60,177 bases of DNA from Fonticula alba ATCC 38817 (Eukaryota; Protista; Nucleariida), in assembly GCA_000388065.2 (NCBI GenBank), contig KB932202.1. The stretch is one strand, 5' to 3'. Below, piece after piece: positions 1 to 11,646 of this stretch (positions are counted from its first letter, which is position 1; the number at the start of each line of letters is the position of its first letter). The translations under genes were made by a program, and so were the position numbers. The notes beneath the pieces were generated by a model. It did not search any database. It saw nothing but the letters and a program-made list of their open reading frames with translations, and was not told where the DNA came from.

Positions 1-456
1 GTGTCGAGTGCGCCCAAGGGCCCGTGTGCCGACGGCGGGCGCCCGGCGAACGAAGCAAGGCGCCGACACCGCGTCGGCAGGCCGCTCGCCCCCACTCGCC
101 CCCCCGCCGGAAGTTGCCACCACGCGCTTTTTCACCCAATTATCAGCCCCCACCGTGCGGCACTCCGGGGCCGCCCCCGGGTGCGGCAGAAGGTCCCCCT
201 CTCTTTCCCTGCTTCCCTTTTCTAGCGCGCGCACGCGCGTGCTGTACCCCGCATCTCTCTCTCCCTCTCCCTCTCCCACCCACCCCCTCCGCTCCCCCCC
301 GCCCCCCCCCCCGCGCCCTCTCCGGCCCTCGCGACAGCCCGCGCCGCAGACCCCACCCACCCGCCCACCTCCCCTCCCTACCACCCTCCAGTCGCCTCGT
401 TCCCGCTGTCCCGCCCCGCCCCTTGACACGGCTTGCGCGCGCGCGCGCGTTGTATC

Positions 457-3400
457 ATGCCGGGCGTGCCCCCCGACGACACCGCCGCCGCCGCCGCCGC
501 CGCCGACCCGCCTGCCCGCCCGTCTCGGGAGGCCGCCACCGACGACAGCTCCGACTCCACCGATCTGTCCTCCTCGCCTCCCTCCTCCCTGGCAGCTGGG
601 CCCCCTGTGACCAGTCCCCCCCCGGTGCGCCTTGTCCACCCACCCCACATCCCCAGCCCCCGCTCGCCCGTCCGCCCGCCCGCACGCCCCCTCCGGGCCG
701 CCCCTCGCTGACAAGCGGCCCCTCCCCCCTCCCCTTGGTGTGGGCCTCCTTGCCGGCCCGGTCCAGATTCCGGTGATGTCTTCCGCGTCGGTTGGCCGGC
801 CGGCCCCGGCCCCGGCCCCGGCCCCGGCCCCGGCCCCGGCCCCGGCCCCGGCCCCGGCTCCGGCCACGAATCCAGCCCTGGCTCCCGCCCCGGCAGGGCT
901 CTTCCCCGACGAGTCGGTCGACCTGGCCTCCGAGGAAACGTCCCTCTCGCCGCCACAGTCGTCACTCCCCGCACCGAAGACCCTCAACAGGGGCCTGCAC
1001 TTTGGCCGGCCCCTGGGCTCCGGAGCCGGTGGCGGCTTCCTGGCCGGTGTCTCCGGCAGCGATCGCACGGCCCCGACCTTCCTCAAAACCAAGGGCTTCA
1101 ATGCACCGCTGATTAGCGGCATCGGCCGTGCCGGCCGGCACGCCGGCCCGGATGCCACCGCGATCCGAGTCCCGACCGGCACGCCGGTTGCCTCGCCGGT
1201 CGTCACGCCGACCGCGGCCCCGGCCACCTCGCCGGCCGGCGCCCCGACCGGCGGCGCCAAGTCCGGCCCCGCCAGTGCTGCCAATGCCTCCGGCGGGGCG
1301 TCCCCCATGCTCGCCGGGCCCTGCCCCTCGGGCATGATCGCCGTCACCATGACCAGCTCGGATACCCTGTCCGGCCTGGCCTTGCGGTATGGCATGAGCC
1401 GCTCCGAGCTGAAGGAGGTCAACAAGCTCATTTCCAACTTCGACCCCCCGCCCGGGAAGATCCTCTATGTGCGGGACCCCAATTGCCCGGCGGGGTCGGC
1501 CGGCGGGGCGTCCCCCTCGCGCTCGCGCTCGGCCTCGGGCTCCGGCTCCGGCGATGCGGCCGCCCCGGCCGCCGGCCGCGAGCGGAGCTCCCTGACGGAC
1601 CAACTAAAAAAGCACCAGCCCGCCGGCTCGCAGCAGCCCACGGGCCTGGGCATCGGGGGGGGCGCCGACCTGCAGCCCATTCCGGAGGCCGCCGACACGG
1701 CCCCCGCGCCCCTGGGCCGCCACCTCCCCCCGGAGGATGATGACCTGGTCATGGTGGATGGGTGTCTGCCGGAGGTCTTTTCCGAGCGCGTGGCCCTGCG
1801 CACGAATTCCGGCCCCCTGGCCGGGATCCTGTCGCTGAATGACGATCGCCTGCGCTTCGACGCCTATGTCGGGGCCCTGCCTCCGGCCGACAGCATGGCC
1901 GGGCCCGGGTCCCGGCGGTCCTCCTTCGCCGTGTCCATGACGGACTTCATCAGCATCCCCCTGCATGCGGTGACCCACTGCCGCATCATGAACAATGTGT
2001 CCGGCGACCGGTTCACGGCCACCTTCCGGGCCACGGCCGATGCCAAGCGCAATGCCGTCCTGGCGCGCACCTTCACCGAGAGCCTGGCCGGGTCGCCGAT
2101 GGCCTCCCCCCGGCCAAGTGCCCCGGCGGCCATCCCGGCCTCGGCCGCCGCGGATGGCGACCGGTCTGCCGCCAGCCAGGAGGGCAGCCCCGACTCGGCC
2201 GGTGCCGAGGCCGGCGGCACCACCGGCGGCGGCCACAGTTTCTCCTCCTCCTCCTCCTCCTCCTCCTCCTCCCCCCCGGCCACCCCGTCGCCTCCCATGC
2301 TGACCCCTTCCTCCGGGGTGATTGGCATTGCCCCGGCCGATGGGGGCGCCTCCTCGGTGCCTCCCTCGCGCGATCCCTCGCAATTGGACCTCTCCCTGGC
2401 CATCGGCCCCTCCGGGGGGGGCCCCATCTCCCCTGTGGACGATGCCGGCCCCGGGTCGCCCACGGCGGGCACCTCCTCCAATCCCAACATGACGGTGGTC
2501 ATCCATGTGGAGGCGGTTCTCTCCACCATCGACTTGGCCCTCATGGCTGCCGGCGGCGGGGAGGTGTCTTCGGCCCGGTCGCCTCGCGGGGTGCTCCCTG
2601 CGCGGTTTTCCTTCGGCAGCGCCGGGGCCCTCCCCGGGCGTAGTTCCTTCGCCCTGCCGGCGGACGGCGCGGCGGCCGGAGCCTCGGCCGTGGCCTTTTC
2701 CCCCCGGACGTCGCTCGGATCGCCCTCCCTGTCGGCCGGCGGCAATGGCGGCGGCGCCGGTGCCGGCAGCGGCAATGGCACCGCGGCTTCCGGGGCCGGC
2801 TCCGCCACCGGGGGGGCCATGCTCCCGGACGCCGGTCAGCCCTGGCCCTGGCGTGCGTTCACCTTCGTCGGCAATCACTCCGGCACCTCCGGGTCGTCCG
2901 CCTCGCTGGAGGTCCATATGGAGTTCCTCGTGCCCCTCTCCCGGCTTCGGTCCATCTACGACCCGCTGGTGGAGCGCACCATCCTCAGTGACGGCTTTGC
3001 CCTGAATGCCCCGATGCCCCCCGGCAGCCCGACCAGCCTGAGCGTCTTCTCCATCCCCGGGGCCGGGCTGGTGGCGGCCGGGGCCGCGGCCAGCGCGGCC
3101 GCTGCCCGGTCCGTGGTCGGGTCCCTTGGCGCGGCCATTTCCTCGTCGTTGACCCGGCCCCGGGCCTTTTCCCTGGCTGGCGGTGCCGGGGCCGGTGGCG
3201 GTGCCGGCGGCCCGGAGCTCGCCGACCCGGCCGCCGCCGATGCGGCCACCCTCTCGGACCCGGAGCATCACCACCACCCGCGCGGCGGCCACTCCCATGC
3301 CAATTGGGATGACCTCAGCGATGTGGGGGACTTGCAGGCGGCCACGGTGGCCGATCAGCAGCCGTCCTCCACGGCCGGCGGCCCGCCGGCATCCCTCCTG

Positions 3401-4411
3401 GGCGGTGTCATCCGCGGCTTGCGCACCATCTCCTCCGGCAATGGGCTTTTCTTCAATCCCTCCGCCGGTGCTGGCGGCGGCAACGGCAACACCGGCCCCT
3501 CCTCGGAGCAGTCCCCCCGGAGCCCGCTCTCGCCGTCGGCGGTCTCCTCCCCGGCTGGCGGCCAGCAGCACGACCCGTCGGTGCTTGGGACCTCTTTCGG
3601 GCGCCAGCGCGCGCAAACCCTCGCCGCCTCGACCGGGACCGCCATCCCCATGTCGCCCGGCGCCGCTGGCGGGGCCAATGGCGCCGGCCGCTTCGGCCTC
3701 TCCCGGTCACCGCTGCTCGAGTCCTCCGAGCATTCGGTCCTGTCGACCTCGGCCCCCGAGTCCGGTGCCGGCCTCTTCCTGGGCGATGACATCTAGTGCG
3801 TATGGGGTGTCTGCTGACATGGATGGTGTTGCGGAGATCCCCTGGGGGATTTGCCCTGCCTCGCCTCGCTCCTCCCGGACGCGCGCCTCCCTGGCTAACC
3901 TTCATTCTCTCGCTCGATCCCCCTCTCCCCCCCCCCCCCCACGCGGCCCCTACTCCAGCACTCCCATCCTCCTGCCGCCGACTCCGTACTCGCGTCTCCT
4001 GCCAACCGACAGTGTTCGTCGGGCGGTGGCCTCGGCTCTCCCGCCGGCCATTGGTTTGAAGAACTGGCGTCTGGTGTACTCCACCAGTCGTGATGGGACC
4101 TCCTACCAGACCCTTCGGTCACGCTGCCAGGAGTACAATGTGGCCCAGGAGCTTGGCGTGTCCTACAAGCCGGAGCTCATCGGCCAGCGTCACTCCATGG
4201 CCTCGCTCAATGCCATCGCCCATGTTGGCCTCGGGGGCTTCCAGAGCTCCACCAGCAGCATGCCCACTTCCTCCTCATATCCGGTGCTCTTTGTCGTGCG
4301 GGACGACCGTGGAGCGGTACGTGTCATGTGTTGCCCCTTGCTGGGGGGGGGGGGGGGCATCTCCCAGCTATCGCCCACTTGTGCCCCTTCCTCTTTCTTG
4401 CTCTCTCTCGT

Positions 4412-4443
<32 letters not shown>

Positions 4444-5117
4444 GCTCTCCTGCCCTCTCTCGCTCCTGTGTTCTAACTTTCACACGCCCCCCCCCCCCCC
4501 CCCCCCCCTCCGCCCCCTCTGTCTGGGCTCCTCCTCGCGCTAGGTTTTCGGCTGCTTTGCCTCTGGCGGTGTGCGCCTCTGTCCCCACTACACCGGCACC
4601 GGCGAGTCGTTTGTCTTCAGTGCCGGCACCCTGGCGCCGGCCAACTCCAAGACCACCCTCCATGCGTGCACCTCCACCAACACCTCCCCGGCGTCCATCT
4701 ACGACAGCAGCTCCCCCAAATGCCCGCAGTCCTCCCAGGTGAAGATCTTCCCGTGGACCCAGGAGAACCACTTCTTTGCCTCGATGAACCTCTCGAGCAT
4801 TTCCTTCGGCGGCGGGTACGCACACACCCCATGTGCCCTTCTTTGTCAGCTGGTGGCCCGCTGCGCCGCCCTGCATGCATTTTTACTCACCCGGCTCTCC
4901 ACTCGGCCACCCTCTCTCCTGTCACTTTGCGTGGGGCTGGTGCACGCCCCGCAGCAATAGCTCCGCCTCCGGGGCGGCCATCTGGATTGACGCGTCCCTG
5001 TCGCGCGGCTTCTCCGGCCCCTGCGACACCTTCGGCAACCAGGACACCCTGGCCTCGCGAGGGTCTTTCGACATCCTCGACATCGAGATCTGGGGCTTTG
5101 ACTGCGACTTCCAGTGA
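457..5117 (+). CDS. OXR1: LysM + GRAM-like + TLDc protein (OXR1/NCOA7 family), 5 exons
   Basis: Exons 457-624, 767-3795, 3959-4316, 4544-4815 and 4961-5117; all introns are GT..AG and phase-compatible. LysM at about 1337-1471 (SSDTLSGLALRYGMSRSELKEVNKL). GRAM-like segment AGILSLNDDRLRFD. TLDc motifs WRLVYSTSRDGTSYQTL, VFGCFAS, YTGTGESFVF, SISFGGG, IWIDASL..G.S.PCDTFGN and DIEIWGF. Confidence 0.9.
800..865 (+). repeat. (CCGGCC)x11 coding hexamer repeat giving (Pro-Ala)11
   Basis: Read directly in exon 2 of the OXR1-like gene; the last unit is imperfect (CCGGCT). Confidence 0.9.
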
Positions 5118-5568
5118 ACCCATACCTGTGTTCCCCCCCCCCCTCCTTACTATCTTCCTCGCTATTTCCTTCGCTCTCCCCCTCACCGGCACACGAGGCG
5201 ATGGGGAATTCCCTTTCTTTTGGGCGCCTCGTCATCGTAGCCGAGCGCCGACATACCACATTTCCCTCTCCCCCCCCCCTCTCCCATGGCCCCCAGCATG
5301 TCCTTGTCTCTCCTCAGAACCAACCTACATAAACACAACTAAATTGTTGCATTTGCATTTGTCCCCCTCCTCAATGGCGCGAGGCCGGCGGAAAGGGGGG
5401 GTGGGGGGCTTTTGCTTCGTGGCTATGCCCCTCAGAGGGGCTATACACACGCACGCACGCACGCACGCACACGGTAGCTTGGGGAGCCGGGCACTGGCAC
5501 TGGCCGAGGATCCGGCCCGCAGGGGGCCGTGCAGCGATGAGCGCAAGCCAATGCACCATCCTACGCAC

Positions 5569-6375
5569 TTAGATGGACTTCGACCGCGCCTGGGCCTCCT
5601 CGTCCTTGAAGTAGTCCATCTCCAGGAGCTGGGCCGCGGTGAAGCGCTTGCGAGGATTGATGTCGAGCGCCGCACGGACCATCTGCGCATCGGGGCCATC
5701 CCCCAGCCGGGCCAGCTGCTGCTGGAGGTTCTCATTGACCACATACACGTTGTTGAGCATGGTCAGGATGATGATGCCGATGCTGTAGATGTCCACCTTG
5801 GCATCGTAGTTGACGGTGAGCATCTCCGGCGGGCGGAACTGCGCGGTGCCGACGCTCGGCGTGAGCCGGGTGTTGTGCGACAGCAGCGTGCACAGGCCGA
5901 AGTCGGCAATGCGCACGGAGGACAGGTCGTCCGGGCGCTCGAGGAGGATGTTTTCCGGCTTGATGTCCCGGTGGATGAGCTGGTAGTCGTGGAAAATCCG
6001 GATGGCCGTCAGCATGCGGTGGGCAAAAACCCGGACTTCGCTCGGGGTGAAGGGCGCCCGGCGGCGCTGGCGCTCGCCGATATAGTCAAAGAGGTCCCCG
6101 CCGCGCATGTGCTCGAAAACCAGGCTGAGCTGCGATTTGAAGTAGTAAATCCCATGCAGCGGCACGATATACTCGGTGGCGTCTCCCGAGTGCAGGTGGA
6201 AGGCCGTAATCTCGCGCAGGATCTTCGGATCGAAGTTGCCCTTGTACTTTTTCAGGATGTACTCCTTGCCCTCGATTTCCACCAGATACACATCGGACTG
6301 GCCGCCGGAGATGAGCTTCTCGACGGACTCCAGCTCCGGCATGGCGATGATGCCGTGGAATGCCTTGCGAGTCAT
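5569..6375 (-). CDS. Ser/Thr protein kinase (CAMK-like), intronless, 268 aa
   Basis: ATG at 6375 (gcagccATG). Kinase motifs ILKK, LREI, HRDIKPEN, DFG, GTAQFRPPE, DIYSIG and KRFTAAQLL. Confidence 0.92.
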   Translation of the reverse strand: MTRKAFHGIIAMPELESVEKLISGGQSDVYLVEIEGKEYILKKYKGNFDPKILREITAFHLHSGDATEYIVPLHGIYYFKSQLSLVFEHMRGGDLFDYIGERQRRRAPFTPSEVRVFAHRMLTAIRIFHDYQLIHRDIKPENILLERPDDLSSVRIADFGLCTLLSHNTRLTPSVGTAQFRPPEMLTVNYDAKVDIYSIGIIILTMLNNVYVVNENLQQQLARLGDGPDAQMVRAALDINPRKRFTAAQLLEMDYFKDEEAQARSKSI

Positions 6376-6541
6376 GGCTGCTTGGCTTGGGGACGGACGG
6401 GCTGGCACTGGAGGGGGAGCAGGGCGGCGGCGACAGGCGGCACCCAATGACGAGGTGAAGAGTGGCGATAGGGCAAAGCGCGGAGGAGACCTCGGATGGA
6501 TGGCGGTGGAGGTGGCGGATGGGAAGTGAGGCGGGGGGGGG

Positions 6542-7301
6542 NNNNNNNNNNNNNNNNNNNNNNNNNNNNNNNNNNNNNNNNNNNNNNNNNNNNNNNNNNN
6601 NNNNNNNNNNNNNNNNNNNNNNNNNNNNNNNNNNNNNNNNNNNNNNNNNNNNNNNNNNNNNNNNNNNNNNNNNNNNNNNNNNNNNNNNNNNNNNNNNNNN
6701 NNNNNNNNNNNNNNNNNNNNNNNNNNNNNNNNNNNNNNNNNNNNNNNNNNNNNNNNNNNNNNNNNNNNNNNNNNNNNNNNNNNNNNNNNNNNNNNNNNNN
6801 NNNNNNNNNNNNNNNNNNNNNNNNNNNNNNNNNNNNNNNNNNNNNNNNNNNNNNNNNNNNNNNNNNNNNNNNNNNNNNNNNNNNNNNNNNNNNNNNNNNN
6901 NNNNNNNNNNNNNNNNNNNNNNNNNNNNNNNNNNNNNNNNNNNNNNNNNNNNNNNNNNNNNNNNNNNNNNNNNNNNNNNNNNNNNNNNNNNNNNNNNNNN
7001 NNNNNNNNNNNNNNNNNNNNNNNNNNNNNNNNNNNNNNNNNNNNNNNNNNNNNNNNNNNNNNNNNNNNNNNNNNNNNNNNNNNNNNNNNNNNNNNNNNNN
7101 NNNNNNNNNNNNNNNNNNNNNNNNNNNNNNNNNNNNNNNNNNNNNNNNNNNNNNNNNNNNNNNNNNNNNNNNNNNNNNNNNNNNNNNNNNNNNNNNNNNN
7201 NNNNNNNNNNNNNNNNNNNNNNNNNNNNNNNNNNNNNNNNNNNNNNNNNNNNNNNNNNNNNNNNNNNNNNNNNNNNNNNNNNNNNNNNNNNNNNNNNNNN
7301 N
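6542..7301. other. Assembly gap (largest). Other gaps: 8276-8321, 23397-23456, 24625-24633, 30789-30853, 33747-33943, 40391-40438, 44343-44503, 47850-47859, 48823-48938
   Basis: Runs of N, most flanked by G/C homopolymers or microsatellites. Confidence 1.
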
Positions 7302-7384
7302 GGGGGGGGGGGGGGGGGCATCTGGCCCCGGAGTGCGGGCGAAGGAGCCGCAAGCGCGTCCTCCGCACCGTTGGCCTCTCAGCG

Positions 7385-7436
<52 letters not shown>

Positions 7437-8335
7437 CCAAGGAACAAACATCGCCTGGCGCCTGGCCGCTGTTCCTGGCCTTCGGGCCCTCCTCGTCGCC
7501 GCGGCACACGGGCTGTTCCAACACCCAAGTGGCGGGGGGGAGACTCGCGCTTGGTCCCTCCCCCCCCCCCCCCCCCCACCCTGTGAGCCCTGCGACACGC
7601 GAGACCCGCTCTCAAGGCCAGACAGTGGGTTCCCTCGACCGGTACCCACCGGGCCGGAGCGCAACCGCAGGAGGGGGCGACCCGCGGTGTCAGAGTTCGC
7701 CATGGCGAACACCATCACCCCTGCTCCCTCGGGCGCATCCGGTGGGAACATATTCCGAGGCGGTGCATGTGAGCTGGCGCCCCGGGTTATCATGTGCAAT
7801 TGCGTGTTAATCCACACGTTAACCCGACGGGCCGGGCGTCTCCGGCGGCCTGGTCGATCGGCCACCCTCCCCCCGGGCGGTGCTCCCCCGCCCGGCATGG
7901 CGGCGGCCCCGTCCGCCCGGCGGGGCATTCTCCCCCGGGCGTTCTCTCGCCAGGAACCGGCCGCGGGCTCGGTGGCGATGCGTCGGGGATGCGCGCCAAC
8001 CGCGGGCGGCCGAGAGAGACAGAGAGACAGAGAGAGCAAGATCCTTTTCGGCTGGCACTCTCCCGACTAGCCAGACCCGTGCGCCCCCTCCTTTGCACCT
8101 CCCCCTGGCCCGCCTCCCTTCTGTCCTTCCCTCTCTCCCCCTCTCTCTCTCTCTCTCCCGCCCCGCCCCGCTTCCCCAGCAGCCTCGGCACCGCGACTGG
8201 ACCCCCCGCCCCCTCTCCCCCCCCCCCCCCCCCCCCCCCACGGCCCCTGCACGCGCACTGGCGCATGGCCATTTANNNNNNNNNNNNNNNNNNNNNNNNN
8301 NNNNNNNNNNNNNNNNNNNNNCCCCCCCCAGGCCG

Positions 8336-8806
8336 ATGGAGACACGGCGTTCTTCCCGCATGCTGGAAAAGAACTATGTCCTCTCGCGCTTCATCCTCGC
8401 GCGGATCTTGACATCGATCCAGGTGCGCCCGGTGGTCGACACCCAGCCTCAGCACTTTCTGTCTCCCGCTCTCCTCGCCCGGCTCTCCCCACGGCCAGCA
8501 CTGACCTGGCCATCCCCTCCTGGTGCAGATCAATCCCGACCATGCGATCCGGATTTCCGGCGCCGTGGAGCGCGGTGTTCGCCGGGTCCGGCGCGCTGGT
8601 CCTCTCCTCCAGGCCGATTTGGAGGCGCTTCTCTTTGCCGAGATGGCGCGCTTTGGCTATCGCTCCCCCTGCTTGCAAGAGCTGTACCGATGCATGATCA
8701 TGTACGCCCTCTCCCCCTTCCTCTTTGCGCCGTCAGCGCCCCCGGCTCCTCCCTGACACGCACGCGCGCATTCCTCCTCCCCCGCATCCCCTCCGTCCTC
8801 CTCCGC

Positions 8807-8846
<40 letters not shown>

Positions 8847-10257
8847 CTGAGCAAGGCTCTACCGCCGGCGCATCCCGCTGGTCTTGCTCGTGGGCGGCGC
8901 CCCGAGCACCGGCAAAACCTCCCTCTCAACCCAGCTGTCGGAACGCCTCAACTTGCCGACCGTCCTGCATACGGACCTGATGCTGGAGGTGCTGAGCTTC
9001 CTGGCGGAGGACTTGCCCGACAGCGAAGATGCGGCGCTCCGGCGCCTGGCCGGGGATCCGGGGCTCGGCCCGGCCGAGGGCGGCTGTGCCGGTGTCCTGC
9101 GCCTGTACCAGGCCGAGGCCACCCTTGTCCACCGGGGGATCGTGGCCGAGCTTCGCAAGTGCCTGGCCGAGGGGAAGAACATTGTCATTGAGGGGCACCA
9201 TGTCCGGCCGGCGGTGTACGCTGTCCCGGGGCCGGGCGGGCAGTTGCCTGGCCATCGCCACTTGAACCCCGGGACGCTGCCGGCCCGGCTGCCGGGGGTC
9301 GGAAGGATTGGTCCGCGGGTGCCGGCTCGAGTCCGGGCGGAATTCCGGCCGGAGGCCTGCTGCTCGTCCGGCCAGGCGGACTGCTTCTGGTGCAGCGACC
9401 ACTTGGACATGGCCGAGGTGACGGCATCTCTGCGCCCGTGTGCGGGCGGGCGGTGTTGTGGCTGCGGCCGGCCGGACCCGGCTGGGTGCTCGCCGGCCGA
9501 GGCCTTTGCCTCAGGCTTGAACATTTGCCAGCCCCTCGATGTGGCAGACGGCTCTCCGATGGCCGGCGGATCGTCCGTGGCTTTGGCGGCGGCAGCAGCG
9601 GCGGCGGCGGCAGCGGCAGCAGCAACAGCAGCAAGGCCACCCTCGGTCGGAGGGCCCTCCGGCAGCGGGATGCTGGGGCCGGCCTCGGCCTCGGCCTCGG
9701 GTGATGGTCCCACTGGGGCCGAGCGGTCCGAGGCTCCACTCTCCTTCGAGGTGCATGACCCGCACGAGCAGCCGGATGCCCTGGCGTCGCAGTTGATCTT
9801 GGTGCGCTTCCTCCTGACGGTGGAGTGCCCGCGTCGGCATGCGCGTGCCATGGCCGACGCCCGATCTCGGTCCCGGTCTCGGACTGACGCGGATCTCGAG
9901 CGCCTGGTCCGGCTGTTTGCCCAGCAGGGAGGCGAGGCGAGCCTGGGCCCTGGCGAGTCGGACCAGAAGCTCCACGCGGCCCGGGTCATCCAGCGCCAGA
10001 TGCTGTTGGACTGCTTGCTGGATGTGGAGGACGAGCTGCCGGCCGGCTCGCTGTCGAGCCCGACCGATGCCCCCTGCGGCTGCTGCCGAGGGTGGTGCCC
10101 CCGCAGCACCCCCTGCCTGGATGGCGTCATCCACATTGAGGTGGATCCGGAACATTTGGAAACCTCGCTGGACCGTATGCACCGGGCGGTCCTCTCGCGC
10201 ATTGTCCACGAATCGCACGGGGAGGTCGTCGGCCTGGCTGGCGGCTCGGGCGCCTGA
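8336..10257 (+). CDS. 2-phosphoglycerate-kinase-like P-loop NTPase (resembles plant/protist LPA1-related proteins); 5' end probably incomplete because of the gap
   Basis: Exons 8336-8422, 8529-8701 and 8856-10257. NYVLSRFILARIL, QADLEALLFAEMARFGY, Walker A GGAPSTGKT followed by SLSTQLSERLNLPTVLHTD, and EGKNIVIEGHH match the pattern I recall for eukaryotic 2-PGK-like proteins. Confidence 0.75.
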
Positions 10258-10694
10258 GCAAAATATAGACGGCAAGATGCCACGGCCGTGGCGGGTCGAG
10301 TTGCAAGGCAGCAGCATACGCGCGTCGCGCCCAGGGGGTGCTGGTGCCAGGCGTCGGTGAGGGAGGGGCGAGAGGGGCGAGGGAAAGCGGGGGGGGGAGG
10401 GGGGGGGGGGGGGGGAAAAAAGGCAAGGGGGAGAGGAGGCGCCGAGGCGCCGGCCTCCGGGTGCCGCCGCGCCCGGGGGAATTGCCCGAGGCCCGGATTG
10501 GTGGTGCGGCGACATCAGCACCTGGGTTCTGAGGACTAGAGGCCGGGATTTCGCCCCTGGTGGGTGTCCCCGGTGTGTGTGTGCGTGTGTGCGCGCGCGC
10601 GCGCGTGCCAATCGACCGGCTGGGTCTAATTGAGGTCCGCTCGCCGCCCTTCCCCCGATGGCGAGTGTGTGAGCACAGGGGGCAAATAGCAGCT

Positions 10695-10726
<32 letters not shown>

Positions 10727-11646
10727 CAGTTGCCCCGGGGGATCTGCGCGGGTATGCCGGGGGGGCCCCCTGGCATGCAAGGGCAGACGCGGGTCGCTCC
10801 CCCCCCCCCCCCCCCCCCCCCCCCCCTTCCCCCGCAAGCCAATGCGTCAGGCAAGACGCCCGGGACCGGATGTCCAGGCAACGGGTGTCCGGGGCTGGCT
10901 GTTCGCCGTGTCGGGAGTCGAGAAATGCGGTCTCCGCGTGCGGCGGGCCGGCCGGGGCCGCCGCACGGGCCAACCGCGGACGATCCACGGAACTATCACG
11001 CCTGTTGTTATTGTTTTTGTGTGGCCCGCAGCCAGCTAGCCGGGGGAGATCGCCCGCGCATGCGTGTGTGCGGGCCCCTCGGGCGCGGGTGATCTGTGTC
11101 CCCCAACCCCGCCCGCTGGGCTCCCCCGCGGGGGAGGGGGGGGATGGGGGAGGCCAAAGGACGGGGCGGGGATCCCCGTCCGCGAGGTCCCCGCCCCGGG
11201 GAAAGCCCACTGAAAAGGCCCTCTCCGCGCTCGGCCCAAGCCAAGATGCGCGGGGGAACACATCCCCGCATATGGGGGGGGAGGAGTGGGGCCGCGCGCG
11301 GTCCAAGATCCGCCACTCAGGCTGGCCGGGACCGGGGGCTGGTGCAGTCTCGGGGAAGATTCCGCCCCGCCCCCCCCCCTCCCGGTGCGACCACCGCGCA
11401 CGTCTGGCGGGACGGCATTTTTCCAAGTCCCTCTTCAAGTATGGTCGGGCCTTGCCGATATGTACCATCCTTCCTCCCCCCCCCCCCCTGCCTCCCCATC
11501 CTCCACCCTCTCTGCCCTTGTCCTCTCCCCCCTCCTCCTCCAAATCACTCCCCCACCCCACCCCACCCGTTGCCTCGCCCCCGGCCTCTCTGTGCTCCAT
11601 CAGGCACCCCCCTCTTGACTCCCCCCCCCATCTTCTCGAGTCCGCG

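Noticed and set aside
108-116. ETS-like CCGGAAGT motif upstream of genes (also about 19263 and 44804)
   Set aside because: Too few occurrences to exceed chance in GC-rich DNA, and ETS factors are not expected outside animals.
799-866. Short tandem arrays as CRISPR-like repeats
   Set aside because: They are microsatellites or coding repeats with no unique spacers, in a eukaryotic context with no cas genes.
1604-3616. Long antisense or alternate-frame ORFs (also 16677-17981, 31381-33072, 51031-52479 and many others)
   Set aside because: They are shadows of real GC-rich CDS on the other strand or frame, with Arg/Gly/Pro-rich translations and no motifs.
5569-7524. 651-aa kinase ORF and other ORFs running through N gaps
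   Set aside because: Their length comes from N runs that contain no stops; the real kinase starts at 6375.
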